Positions 52,801-61,706 of a DNA stretch of 64,000 nucleotides are shown here, in pieces. The translations under genes and the position numbers were made by a program. The stretch spans positions 3,011 to 67,010 of the forward strand of contig JAAYSR010000234.1 in NCBI GenBank assembly GCA_012518325.1, given 5' to 3'. The notes beneath the pieces are model-generated. The model was not told the origin of the DNA and did no database searches. It was given only the letters and a program-made list of their open reading frames with translations. Each line of letters begins with the position of its first letter. Position 1 is the stretch's first letter. The DNA is from Bacillota bacterium (GTDB lineage Bacteria > Bacillota > Limnochordia > Darwinibacteriales > Darwinibacteriaceae).

Positions 52801-53051
52801 ATCTGGGCCTGCTCAATGCTTTCGATTAAGTCGGGCCGTTCATCCCGCAGGCGATCCTTCATCTCCTGGGCGGCCTTTTTTGTAAAGGTAATGGCGGCAA
52901 TTTCATCTACCTGAACGCCTGTCCCTAGCAGATGCAGATAGCGCTCAACCAGAACTCGCGTCTTGCCTGAGCCTGCGCCGGCTGTAACCGCCAGGGGGTG
53001 GTCGATGGTGGTAATAGCCTTCTCTTGGCTGGGCGTCGGTTCAAAAGACAT
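49830..53051 (-). CDS. addA: ATP-dependent helicase/nuclease subunit A (AddA/RexA; UvrD-like helicase plus a C-terminal RecB-family nuclease)
   Basis: 1073 aa. The helicase region has Walker A AGAGSGKT plus VDEFQDTN, and the C-terminal nuclease has GDFYVNGLVDHVY...IVDFKS...QLRLYA. It also carries Cys residues in the pattern C...CSLCPQNAYC (Cx2Cx5C). Confidence 0.88.
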   Translation of the reverse strand: MSFEPTPSQEKAITTIDHPLAVTAGAGSGKTRVLVERYLHLLGTGVQVDEIAAITFTKKAAQEMKDRLRDERPDLIESIEQAQISTIHSLCQRIIKEHPLQAGIDPRFRVGEEWETRVMLGEAVEEVIAESDPPEELGSPSEVAAMVLDLYEKMAGKGDFDFDYAFSEDEVEDFPLFQLRQAAAWVLALKPTTEVQERILAELAEEWPALADLLAFPDDGLRLEALDVLLNLIKKIRGKLAEQTREFRNLIERAQGIIKEKQGRMILAYVGEILAQVHELYRERKRLFGVLDYNDLEQLAYELLQDPNVLADYPFKHLCVDEFQDTNPLQKKIVDSLVEGGATLFVVGDPKQSIYRFRGADVGVFLDTKAEIAAAGETVFLEENFRSRPELLSFVNAFFGELLAGEAIGFEKSAAKKEEAGQPCVAILRTPAEDELSAEARALEAEQIALKIRKLVDGGEYRYEDISLLFRAMTNAHIYEKALKEAGIPYVNLSGRGFFSKQEIQDVLHYFRWLEDAQDEAARLAVLRSPFYLVSDEGLFWLRQGRLDKLSAKEQEAVVKSQADYDFLKAQSRHRPAPEVISSLLQRTDYVAKTWRLPFGPQKVANIEKLLEQSWDLFAKDVYAIPEQARFLRLMAREAQKEGEALLDAEHADVVVLRTIHGAKGLEFPVVFLPDTNAGAVRAQKGDILYHPDIGLTYRGMASFERLKEIEKQEEISEAKRLLYVAVTRAEERLYWCARDGKTAKDSWWSWLQAALEWLPGDLYREVPGTLPPLEGKAPSAELVQPEFPDYVPLTPQYNQVSFSVTSLMSYARCPRYYYLRYILGVPERKPVRVQAGSGGAGAPLSGTQRGNIVHRVVEQIKDPRMLSELVEHAAAMEGVVLDNRQKSGLEEVITAYLNSEFFSRVRLEQGRGKIFQEHDFIIPAGDFYVNGLVDHVYLGEGGIEIVDFKSNWITHDQVTQVGAGYDVQLRLYAWAMAREFGLPVISSQAYFLIPNRLYGLEARLLDADQTEEWLIKTCTDIIQGSEQGAAAFPIRSDCSLCPQNAYCRTSNDVSPFGENTGIDMEWAKEELL

Positions 53052-55498
53052 TAGAACCCCACCTCCTTACGGCAGATACCCTGAAAGGCACAAAAACTGC
53101 AGATTCTGGAACTGGCAGGTTCAATGGGAAACTCACCCTCCAGGATACGCTGGGCATAGTCCTGCAAGATTTCGGCAAACTTTTCATTCTGCACTGCGAA
53201 ACCCGCTTCGTCCAGAACATTCTTGCCTTTAGTTACGCCAAGTTCCTTGCAGTAAGCCTCATGGAATATACCTTTCCTGCTTCTCTCCCTGATCACGTAG
53301 TAGGCTGCGCCAACATTCTGTCCCTGGGGAAGGATATCCTGGGCAGCCAGAAGATAGGCGGCAATCTGTACATCTTTTCCCGCGACCATGGCGCTAATCT
53401 GGGGAGCAGTCCCCGTCTTGTAATCGTAGAGCACATAGGCACCTTCCGCGTTGAGATCAATACGGTCAATGCGTCCTCGGATAACTACAGGTCCCAAAGC
53501 TGTAGTGACGGCCAGCCCCTGGAACCATTTTTCCAGATATTTAGGGCGAAATCCCCTCTGGGCCCAGGTTAAGTCAGAGCGGATAAAACTTCGCATTTCC
53601 CTGATCAGTCTGCTGGAAGGCTGGGCGCCCACGCCGTCATATTCCTTTCTCAGCAGGCCTTCAATCTTGACCTGTCCGTCCTCGACATCCGGAAGGGGAC
53701 CTTCCAGGTGCTCCTCCCAAAAAACCTGCAGTGCTTTGTGGACCAGATTGCCATGATCCCTGGCATCCAGCTCCAGGGATACTTCTTCATCCGGTACCAG
53801 CCTGAGGACATAGCTGCAGAAGAACTGGAAGGGGCAGTTGGCATAGCGGTTCAGCTGGGAGACTGACAGACCGTCCTCTAGGACCCTGCTTTGCAGCTCC
53901 TTGAGAAGCTCCCTGTCCTCCAAGAAACCTTCCCCCAGGAAAAGAGTGGGGTGGTGGATTCCTTCCCCTTTGACGGTCCTGGTTTCCTCTGCCTGTTTCG
54001 GCAGGATGGCCGCGGGCAGATTCAGTTTGCCTGCCCGGTCCACCTCTGGATAGTATAAGTTCACACACGCTGCTGCACTGAGCAGGCGTTCAAAAAGTTC
54101 TGTTCTCACCAGGGCAGGTCTGGCCTTGGTCAGCCAATGAGCGTTCCTCAGGGGCGGAAACTGACCCTCCACCAGTCCTCCTGCGTAAAGCTGCCCATAC
54201 ATCTGAGCTCCAAGCTGCTCCACACTGACCACCTGCACCTGCTCAGAAAAAATCCGTCTGCCCTGGATCTGATAACTGTCCAGAAGGTCTTGCAGCAGCT
54301 GAACAAATCGCTCAGGCGTGATCGTCCAGTCAAACTGGGTGAAACCTTGGGCAATTTTCTGCAGGCCGTCCCACGCTTTCACGAGCTCAGCCCAGTTATC
54401 TATCTCTTCATCAGGCACAACCCACAACTCCGGCTGAAGCTTGTCCAGCAGATCTTCCAGCAGGGCCCCGTATTCCCTGAGGGGTCTGGGGAAGAGTTCC
54501 TTGACGATGGCGCTGAGAAGCTCAAAGAGCTCTTCCCAGCCAGGCTGTATCCCTAGATACTCGCGCCAGGCAGGAAAACCCCTAAGAGGAGGCCCCAGGC
54601 GGAGCAGACGCTTTTCTTCGTCCGTTAAGACATGGGGGAGACCCCAGCCAGGTGCAGTCAGCAGCTCCCAGTGGTGTTTGTGCCAGCCCTGCAGCTCTGC
54701 CAGGAATGCGGTGAGGAAAGTCTTGCCTAGAGGAGTGTTGCGCAGACTCACCTCAGGCACCCTCCAGGGGATTTTCATTTTCCCAAAGACCATGCGGAGA
54801 ATCGGCAAATACTGCCCAGGATTGGGGAACGCCACCCCGAGCTCGTCAATTGGAACACCCTGCTCGATCTTGCGGCGCAGCTCCTCTCCAATCATCTCCA
54901 CCTCGGCAATGGGGTCGCTTGCTTTGCTGACTGAAACCTCTGCAGCTGAAGCCTCCGGTCGAATGACTTCCAATGACCTTCCCCGGGCTAGAGCTTGCAC
55001 GAGTTCCTGTTCCAGGGGGCGAAGCTCGCCTAATCCATACACTCTTACTTTCTCTGTTTCAGGCAGCGCCTTCCTTTGCCTTGCCAACTCTACGCTGCGT
55101 TTCATCTGGTCTGCAGCATCCAATACACCGTGGCCCGCCAGAATTTCTTTGTACCTGGTATGCAGTAAATACAGTTCAAGGCGGCCTGCTTCGGGCATGG
55201 AAGCAAAGATGTCTTCGCCGAAATCCGCCTGCTGAAACAGCGTTTTCAGCTCCTGGACAAAACCCGGGTAATGGGCTATAGGCGCGAAAAACTTCAGCTC
55301 TTCGGCATAATCCTGGACGCTTTGCCAAACAGCCACTTCTTCCACGATCTTGTCCTCCCTGTAGGAAACCAGACCCTCCTTGAGAATCTGGGCTGCGAGT
55401 CCGGGCAGCGTCATCACCAGAGAGGAGTCTCCCTCCCTGACCAGGCGCCGCCTGAATCTGCGTATCAAACTGTTTGGAACCAAGTACAGGCAAGTCAC
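53051..55498 (-). CDS. addB: ATP-dependent helicase/nuclease subunit B (AddB/RexB-like; inactive helicase-like N-terminus plus an Fe-S RecB nuclease)
   Basis: 815 aa with no Walker A motif. The C-terminal nuclease has IDRIDL...YVLYDYKTG...QIAAYLLA, with Cys CPFQFFC and CSFCAFQGIC (Cx2Cx5C). Confidence 0.82.
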   Translation of the reverse strand: MTCLYLVPNSLIRRFRRRLVREGDSSLVMTLPGLAAQILKEGLVSYREDKIVEEVAVWQSVQDYAEELKFFAPIAHYPGFVQELKTLFQQADFGEDIFASMPEAGRLELYLLHTRYKEILAGHGVLDAADQMKRSVELARQRKALPETEKVRVYGLGELRPLEQELVQALARGRSLEVIRPEASAAEVSVSKASDPIAEVEMIGEELRRKIEQGVPIDELGVAFPNPGQYLPILRMVFGKMKIPWRVPEVSLRNTPLGKTFLTAFLAELQGWHKHHWELLTAPGWGLPHVLTDEEKRLLRLGPPLRGFPAWREYLGIQPGWEELFELLSAIVKELFPRPLREYGALLEDLLDKLQPELWVVPDEEIDNWAELVKAWDGLQKIAQGFTQFDWTITPERFVQLLQDLLDSYQIQGRRIFSEQVQVVSVEQLGAQMYGQLYAGGLVEGQFPPLRNAHWLTKARPALVRTELFERLLSAAACVNLYYPEVDRAGKLNLPAAILPKQAEETRTVKGEGIHHPTLFLGEGFLEDRELLKELQSRVLEDGLSVSQLNRYANCPFQFFCSYVLRLVPDEEVSLELDARDHGNLVHKALQVFWEEHLEGPLPDVEDGQVKIEGLLRKEYDGVGAQPSSRLIREMRSFIRSDLTWAQRGFRPKYLEKWFQGLAVTTALGPVVIRGRIDRIDLNAEGAYVLYDYKTGTAPQISAMVAGKDVQIAAYLLAAQDILPQGQNVGAAYYVIRERSRKGIFHEAYCKELGVTKGKNVLDEAGFAVQNEKFAEILQDYAQRILEGEFPIEPASSRICSFCAFQGICRKEVGF

Positions 55499-55509
55499 AG
55501 CTTAACCTC

Positions 55510-56340
55510 CTAAGCCAAGAGCTCCTCAATTACTTGTGCCACGCCGTCCTGGTCGCAGTCGGGAGCTATCTTGCGCGCTTTGCTCTTGAGCAGTTCAGAA
55601 CCGTTGGCCATGGCAACTCCCAGGCCTGCCCAGGTAATCATCTCAAGGTCATTGACATTGTCGCCAATGGCCGCTACATGCTCTGCCTCCAGCCCCAGCC
55701 GCTCAGCAGCAAAGGCCAGTCCGGCACCCTTGCTGCAGCCGAAAGCGATGATTTCAATACCCTTCCAGGTGTCACCCTCTGCTCCAAAGAGCATGGCGTT
55801 CACCTTTCCAAAGCTGCCCCCGGCAAACTCCCCGTAAAGGGCTTCAACCCTGTCTGCCCTGTCAATCAGGGAGATGCGCACCGGGGCAGCCTCTAAGTCC
55901 ACCTTCGGTAAAAACTCTGCCTCCACGCCTAAAAACCAGCCTAAGAGATCCTCGGGTTCGTCCCAGCTGCCTGCAGGGGCTACCACCCTTTCACCGGCGC
56001 TCTCCCCGGTATAGACAACATAATTGATATCCAGAAAGTCAAGCTTGTCCACTATGTCCCGGGCAGCAGCCAGGTCGATCCCGTGCTGCGCCAGAATCTT
56101 TGCTGAAGAGGGATCATAAACCACAGCCCCGTTATGCACGATGACCAGCTCATTCAAACCCAAGGCCTGGACAAAGGGAAGGGTGCCTGCCAATCTGCGC
56201 CCGGTTGCCAGCAGAACTTTCATGCCGCGTTCCTTAGCCTTACGAATTGCTTCCTTAGTGCGGGGGGTCAGCTCCGATTTGCTGTTTAGCAGCGTTCCGT
56301 CAATATCTAAAGCAAGGAGTCGATACTTCACATCTTGCAC
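55510..56340 (-). CDS. Cof-type HAD-IIB family hydrolase
   Basis: LLALDIDGTLL is HAD motif I, followed by ATGRR and GDNVNDLEM. Confidence 0.85.
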   Translation of the reverse strand: MQDVKYRLLALDIDGTLLNSKSELTPRTKEAIRKAKERGMKVLLATGRRLAGTLPFVQALGLNELVIVHNGAVVYDPSSAKILAQHGIDLAAARDIVDKLDFLDINYVVYTGESAGERVVAPAGSWDEPEDLLGWFLGVEAEFLPKVDLEAAPVRISLIDRADRVEALYGEFAGGSFGKVNAMLFGAEGDTWKGIEIIAFGCSKGAGLAFAAERLGLEAEHVAAIGDNVNDLEMITWAGLGVAMANGSELLKSKARKIAPDCDQDGVAQVIEELLA

Positions 56341-56353
56341 CTCATTATGCTAT

Positions 56354-58597
56354 CTATAGCCAAATAGAAACTTCATCCCGATCCATAAGCTCAATACATT
56401 CTCGCAGTTTCCCGTTGAGATGTGCGTCTTCAGTCGTAGCGTTGCGCACCTGCCTTAAAAGGTCGATGCCTCTCCTGAAGGCAAAGACTAGATCGCCCTC
56501 ATCAACGGAGGAATCCTCCAGGAGCTTGGTGAAGCTTTCACCATTGCTCCAGCGGTAGGCCAAGGCAGCCACATGATCGTTAAACTGCACAGTCGAATAC
56601 CCAACCATCCTTTGCTCCATTTTCATCAAGGAATGCCAGATGCGGATGATCGGCGAAAAATCCAGTCTATGCTTGATGCGGAACTCGTTCTTCCGGGGCT
56701 CGTAACCGACTGAAACCAGGGCTGCGTTGAGCTCAGGGGGCGTATAGGCCTGAAACAACCCTTCCATGAACATCTCGGTAATTAACAGCTCATTGCCGTG
56801 AATCTGGCTGGCCAAAAGTCCTGCAGTAGTCAGCTCATCATTCTCCAAATAGCCCAGGGCTTCCAAAAACGCCTTCTTGTCGGAAAACTCCTGAATGTAC
56901 TTCTTATGTGGGTCGAGGGCCTCTTCCCTCAGCATCAGGCGCTCATAGGCTGCGATTTTCCTGCGGAACTTCCTGTGCTCCCGCCGCAGCGCCGAGCGCT
57001 GCTGTCCTGGATATTCGCGGAAAAAGGCGCTGTCAATGCGCTGAATCAGAGCACGCAGATCTCGCTTCATGCCCTTCTTGGCCCGTCGGTTGTAAGTGTT
57101 GGCCAAACGGCGCTCAAGCTCACTTTTCTTGCGAATTAGGCGGGCAAGCCCGTCCCGGCCGCGAAGATGCTGCTCATAACGGGCAAGTTCATCTTTCAGC
57201 ATCTCGATCTGCACCAGCACTCCCTGCCGCTCCGCCGAAGCCTGGTAAGTAGCGAAGTTCTGCCCCAGGATGCGGTGGATGTCCTGTTCGTTGTAGTTTT
57301 TCACCAAATTCAGGATGGAGTTATAAGTCAGGGCGAACTGGCTCTGGAGGGGCTCCACTTCATCCTCCTTCATGCTGGGGAACTCCCCGGCGTCGAAGTA
57401 ATTCAAATCTACAACGGTGAAGACATACCCCTCTTCATCAATGCCCCTGCGCCCTGCCCTGCCGGCCATCTGAAAATATTCACGGTTTGAAATGGGCCGA
57501 AATGTGACTCCGTCCCATTTGGTACTGGAATCGAAACAGACAGTCTTGCAGGGAAAGTTGAGGCCCACCGCGAAGGTCTCTGTGCAGTAGAGCACCTGAA
57601 TCAGGCGCTGCGTGAACAGCTCTTCCACAATGTCCTTTAAAACAGGCAGCATGCCCGCATGATGATAGGCTATCCCCTTTAAGAGAAGGCGTCTCAAGTG
57701 GGGCCAGCGTCCGCTTTCTACATTTGGATAACGCTCCAGCACTTCATCGATAATTGCCTGCACCTGGGCTTTCTGGGCTTTGTCCAGAAAGTCCTGTGCT
57801 TCGCTGAGCTCCAGCGCGTTGCTTTCACACTTTCTGCGGCTGAAGGTAAAGAAGAGGCAGGGCAGGTACTGATCTTTGATGGCGTCCACCAAGTCCAAGT
57901 GGGTGGTCGCCGGCACATCGGGACGGCCGTCAGTGCTTTCCGACATCAGCCGGCGATGCTTTTTCTGCAGCCTGCCCATGGTTGTAAAGCCGAGGGAACG
58001 TTCATAGAGCGCGTGTTTCAGAGGTACAATCCGCTCAGAGTGGGTTACCACTTCTACATCTGATCCCTGCACCTCTTCGATCCAGCTGGCCAGCTCATCC
58101 ACGTTGGGGATGGTCGCACTTAATCCGAGAAAACGCATGGAAGGCGGCATGAAAATCAGGCTTTCTTCCCATACGCTCCCCCTCTCCGGATCATCGATGT
58201 AGTGGATTTCATCAAAAATCACATAGCGAACATCACTGACACGCTCCGGATCTTCCTGGAGCATATTACGGAAGATCTCCGTTGTCATGATCAGAATCGG
58301 TGCATCGGGGTTTACGACGATGTCCCCTGTTAAAATGCCCATGGCTTCAGGGCCCACCAGGGCTTTGAACTCCCTGTACTTCTGATTGCTCAACGCCTTG
58401 ATCGGTGCTGTATAAACCACCCGGCCCCCTTCCCGAAAGATCTTCTCGATTATGTAATCGGCAATCAAGGTCTTCCCTACTCCAGTCGGAGCAGCCACTA
58501 GGACAGACTTGTTCTGGTCAATAAAGTCCACTGCCTGCTCTTGAAAGGGATCCAGAGTGAAACCGCGATACATTCTAGCTGTTGGCTGCTTGGTCAC
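56354..58597 (-). CDS. Ski2-like superfamily-2 DEAD/DEAH-box helicase with a DSHCT-like C-terminal domain (HelY/Mtr4-like)
   Basis: Motif I is AAPTGVGKTLIA, motif II is DEIH, and the Q-like FQEQA is present. The helicase core is followed by an arch-like region and a C-terminus resembling DSHCT. I place the start at the GTG at 58597, 6 nt after AAGGAGG. Confidence 0.82.
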   Translation of the reverse strand: MTKQPTARMYRGFTLDPFQEQAVDFIDQNKSVLVAAPTGVGKTLIADYIIEKIFREGGRVVYTAPIKALSNQKYREFKALVGPEAMGILTGDIVVNPDAPILIMTTEIFRNMLQEDPERVSDVRYVIFDEIHYIDDPERGSVWEESLIFMPPSMRFLGLSATIPNVDELASWIEEVQGSDVEVVTHSERIVPLKHALYERSLGFTTMGRLQKKHRRLMSESTDGRPDVPATTHLDLVDAIKDQYLPCLFFTFSRRKCESNALELSEAQDFLDKAQKAQVQAIIDEVLERYPNVESGRWPHLRRLLLKGIAYHHAGMLPVLKDIVEELFTQRLIQVLYCTETFAVGLNFPCKTVCFDSSTKWDGVTFRPISNREYFQMAGRAGRRGIDEEGYVFTVVDLNYFDAGEFPSMKEDEVEPLQSQFALTYNSILNLVKNYNEQDIHRILGQNFATYQASAERQGVLVQIEMLKDELARYEQHLRGRDGLARLIRKKSELERRLANTYNRRAKKGMKRDLRALIQRIDSAFFREYPGQQRSALRREHRKFRRKIAAYERLMLREEALDPHKKYIQEFSDKKAFLEALGYLENDELTTAGLLASQIHGNELLITEMFMEGLFQAYTPPELNAALVSVGYEPRKNEFRIKHRLDFSPIIRIWHSLMKMEQRMVGYSTVQFNDHVAALAYRWSNGESFTKLLEDSSVDEGDLVFAFRRGIDLLRQVRNATTEDAHLNGKLRECIELMDRDEVSIWL

Positions 58598-58854
58598 AGG
58601 CAACCTCCTTTGTCTTCTATAGTTTGCCTATGCAGAAATCATCTTTCTTTATGTATTCCCCATCAGTGGAGAAAAAGACAAGGCGATCGTACACAACAAA
58701 ACTGATTATCCTATACCTTTCGGGACCTTCTCTCAACTTCCTGCACTCCCCGGCAGAACTGTGGTACAATAGGACTGAATGCAGGGTGTGCTGCTGGATT
58801 GTGGACTGGAATAGCACTTCATATGTACGGCATAATAACTCCGGGAGGGACGTT

Positions 58855-60315
58855 ATGCAAAGTGATTTCGGCTTTAACTTCGACAACTCTTACGCCCGCC
58901 TGCCTGGGATCCTGTTCTCCTTCCAGGAACCGGCCTCTATTCCTGCTCCTCAGGCAGTTGTGATCAATGATGAACTGGCCGAGTTTTTGGGACTCTCTCC
59001 CCAGGCGCTGAGGAGCGAGGCTGGAACAGCTGTCTTAGCAGGCAATGAAAATCCTCCCGGCGGGCTGCCCCTGGCCCAGGCCTATGCAGGGCACCAGTTC
59101 GGCCACTTCACGATGTTAGGTGACGGCAGGGCGATCCTCATCGGTGAACAGATTACCCCTTCCGGCCAGCGCTATGACCTTCAGCTGAAAGGCTCAGGCC
59201 GCACCCCCTATTCCCGGGGAGGCGACGGGAAAGCAGCCTTAGGGCCCATGCTGAGGGAGTACATCATCAGTGAAGCCATGCACTCCCTGAAAATTCCCAC
59301 AACGAGAAGCCTGGCTGTGGTTACTACCGGAGAACAGGTGCAGCGGGAGAGGCTTCTGCCGGGTGCGGTGCTCACCAGGGTGGCAGCGAGCCACTTGCGG
59401 GTAGGCACTTTTCAATATGCTTCAGGCCTCAGGGACGAAAAAGTTCTGAAGCAGCTTGCCGACTACGCCATAAAGCGCCATTACCCGGACATCAGCCTGG
59501 AAGCCAATAAATACTTGGCGCTGTTCAGGGCTGCAGTCCGCGCCCAGGCATCGCTGGTGGCCGGCTGGATGCTGGTTGGCTTTGTGCACGGAGTGATGAA
59601 CACAGATAACATGACCATTAGCGGCGAGACCATTGACTACGGACCCTGCGCCTTTATGGATACCTTCGATCCTGCAGTTGTTTTCAGCTCCATTGACTAT
59701 CATGGACGTTATGCCTATGCCAATCAGCCCAAAATTGCAGCGTGGAATCTGGCCCGTTTTGCTGAGGCCCTCCTTCCCCTCATCGATGATGACCAGGAAA
59801 AGGCACGCCTGCTGGCAGAAGATGAACTGAAAAACTTCCACGCCCAGTACAATAAAGACTTCCTGGACGGCATGCGCCGCAAGCTTGGTCTGAAGGGCGC
59901 CCAAGAAGAAGATGCGGAGCTCGTTGGGGATCTATTGCAGCTGATGTATGAGCACAGAGCAGATTACACAAACACTTTTCTGGACTTGACTTTCGGCCGA
60001 TTCGACGAAGGCAGCCTCTACCGGTCAGAAGCATTTGCATCGTGGAAACTACGCTGGCAGAAGCGCCTAAGCGGCAACGCTGAACCCTGGGAGGAAACGC
60101 AAAAACGGATGAAGCAAAGCAATCCTGCGGTGATTCCCCGCAATCACCGGGTAGAAGAAGCCCTCAGGCCGGCGGTGCAGGCCGGCGACTACCGACCTTT
60201 GCACAAACTGCTGCAAATCTTGGCGGATCCTTTCTCCCACAGCCCAGAACAGGCAGAGTACGCAGCTCCACCCGACCCGGAGGCACCTCCTTATCGGACA
60301 TTCTGCGGGACTTAG
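58855..60315 (+). CDS. selO: Protein adenylyltransferase/AMPylase SelO (YdiU, UPF0061)
   Basis: The true start MQSDFGFNFDNSYARLPG at 58855 has RBS GGGAGGGA, whereas the ORF track begins at 58582. Conserved SelO stretches include GHQFGHF, GRAVLRE-like and HGVMNTDNM. Confidence 0.88.
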   Translation: MQSDFGFNFDNSYARLPGILFSFQEPASIPAPQAVVINDELAEFLGLSPQALRSEAGTAVLAGNENPPGGLPLAQAYAGHQFGHFTMLGDGRAILIGEQITPSGQRYDLQLKGSGRTPYSRGGDGKAALGPMLREYIISEAMHSLKIPTTRSLAVVTTGEQVQRERLLPGAVLTRVAASHLRVGTFQYASGLRDEKVLKQLADYAIKRHYPDISLEANKYLALFRAAVRAQASLVAGWMLVGFVHGVMNTDNMTISGETIDYGPCAFMDTFDPAVVFSSIDYHGRYAYANQPKIAAWNLARFAEALLPLIDDDQEKARLLAEDELKNFHAQYNKDFLDGMRRKLGLKGAQEEDAELVGDLLQLMYEHRADYTNTFLDLTFGRFDEGSLYRSEAFASWKLRWQKRLSGNAEPWEETQKRMKQSNPAVIPRNHRVEEALRPAVQAGDYRPLHKLLQILADPFSHSPEQAEYAAPPDPEAPPYRTFCGT

Positions 60316-60399
60316 TCAAAGTGGGCAATTCGTCATAGACATCGCTAAACATAAGGTGTATACTTATATTTGTAGAACAAGCGCCAAGGAGGTGTCGAA

Positions 60400-60624
60400 G
60401 TGAAAGATAGAGTACAAGCGGTTTTAGATAAAATTCGTCCTGCCCTTCAGGCCGACGGCGGAGATGTTGAGTTGGTCGGAGTAAACGAAGATAACGTAGT
60501 CACCGTAAAGCTGACCGGTGCCTGTGTAGGCTGCCCCATGTCTGAGTTGACTCTTAAAGGCGGAATTGAGCGAATCCTCAAGCATGAAATCCCAGAGATT
60601 GTTTCTGTAGAATCAGCCCGATAA
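60400..60624 (+). CDS. NifU-like (Nfu C-terminal domain) Fe-S cluster carrier
   Basis: 74 aa with GACVGCP, the CxxC of the Nfu domain. The gene has a GTG start 7 nt after AGGAGGTG. Confidence 0.8.
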   Translation: MKDRVQAVLDKIRPALQADGGDVELVGVNEDNVVTVKLTGACVGCPMSELTLKGGIERILKHEIPEIVSVESAR

Positions 60625-60680
60625 CAGTAAGAGGAGCCAAGTGCTCCTCTTTTTCAATAAAGTGTGAAAGGAGCATCTCT

Positions 60681-61706
60681 GTGAACCTGCGGAAGCTGCA
60701 GCAAGCTGTTTATGAGGCGGGCTTCGATGCCTTCGCCGTCATGCCTGCCAAACGAATCGAATACATGCTTCCCATTCTCAGGGAAGCCCAGGCCGAAAAC
60801 CGCTACCCCGATTTTGTCGACCCGGAGATTGAAAAACGCATCGACCCAAGAAACCTGCAAAGAAGCGCAAGAAGTATTGTCTCACTGGCCGTTTCGTATT
60901 TCACAGGCAGTCCGGGAGCTTGTCCCCCGCTGCATGGAACCGTTTCCCGCTCAGCCTGGGGTGTTGATTATCACCAGGTTCTGGGTGAGCGCATGAACAA
61001 AGTCATCGGCTTTCTCAAAGAGCACTTTGGCGCCAGCAGATGCACCAAAGCAGTTGATACCACCTTTCTAATCGACCGCGCCCTGGCCGTAGAAGCGGGA
61101 CTGGGTTATCCCGGACGAAACTGTGCCGTCTATGTACCGCCCTTTGGCTCATGGGTGTTCCTGGGGGAGATTCTGGTCGATGTTGAACTGCCCCCCACCA
61201 AAACCAAGCAGCAGGATAACTGGGCTTGCCCGCAGGGCTGTGCTCTGTGCGTACAGGCCTGCCCCACAGGGGCGCTCTTTGCTCCAGGGAAAATTCAGCC
61301 CAAGCGCTGCATCTCCTACTTAACCCAAATGTCGGGGCCCATCCCCCTTGAGCTGCGGGACAAAATCGGCGGGAAGCTCTGGGGCTGTGATATCTGCCAG
61401 CAGGTGTGCCCTGTCAACCAGACAGCGCAGCCTAGCCGGCACAGGGAGTTTAGTCCCCTGGTTGGTCCCCACATCGAGTTGCTCCCCCTGCTGGATCTGA
61501 CAAAACAGGAGTTTACTGAGCAGTTCGGCCGAACTAGCATGGCCTGGCGGGGCAAGAATGTACTGGCCCGCAACGCCTGCATCATCCTGGGCAACCAGGG
61601 CAGAGCCGAGGCTCTGCCTCTTTTAGAAAAAACAGCCCGGGAACATCCTAGCGCGATAGTCAAGGATGCCGCGGGCTGGGCTGCCAATAAGCTGAGCGGA
61701 AACTAG
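60681..61706 (+). CDS. queG: Epoxyqueuosine reductase QueG
   Basis: Two 4Fe-4S motifs (CPQGCALCVQACP and CDICQQVCP) are followed by the C-terminal HEAT-like region. The gene has a GTG start after AAAGGAG. Confidence 0.88.
   Translation: MNLRKLQQAVYEAGFDAFAVMPAKRIEYMLPILREAQAENRYPDFVDPEIEKRIDPRNLQRSARSIVSLAVSYFTGSPGACPPLHGTVSRSAWGVDYHQVLGERMNKVIGFLKEHFGASRCTKAVDTTFLIDRALAVEAGLGYPGRNCAVYVPPFGSWVFLGEILVDVELPPTKTKQQDNWACPQGCALCVQACPTGALFAPGKIQPKRCISYLTQMSGPIPLELRDKIGGKLWGCDICQQVCPVNQTAQPSRHREFSPLVGPHIELLPLLDLTKQEFTEQFGRTSMAWRGKNVLARNACIILGNQGRAEALPLLEKTAREHPSAIVKDAAGWAANKLSGN

Noticed and set aside
49830-55498. AddA and AddB as truncated pseudogenes
   Set aside because: Both frames are continuous and every catalytic motif is intact. 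The short lengths are more consistent with a compact ortholog subtype than with decay.
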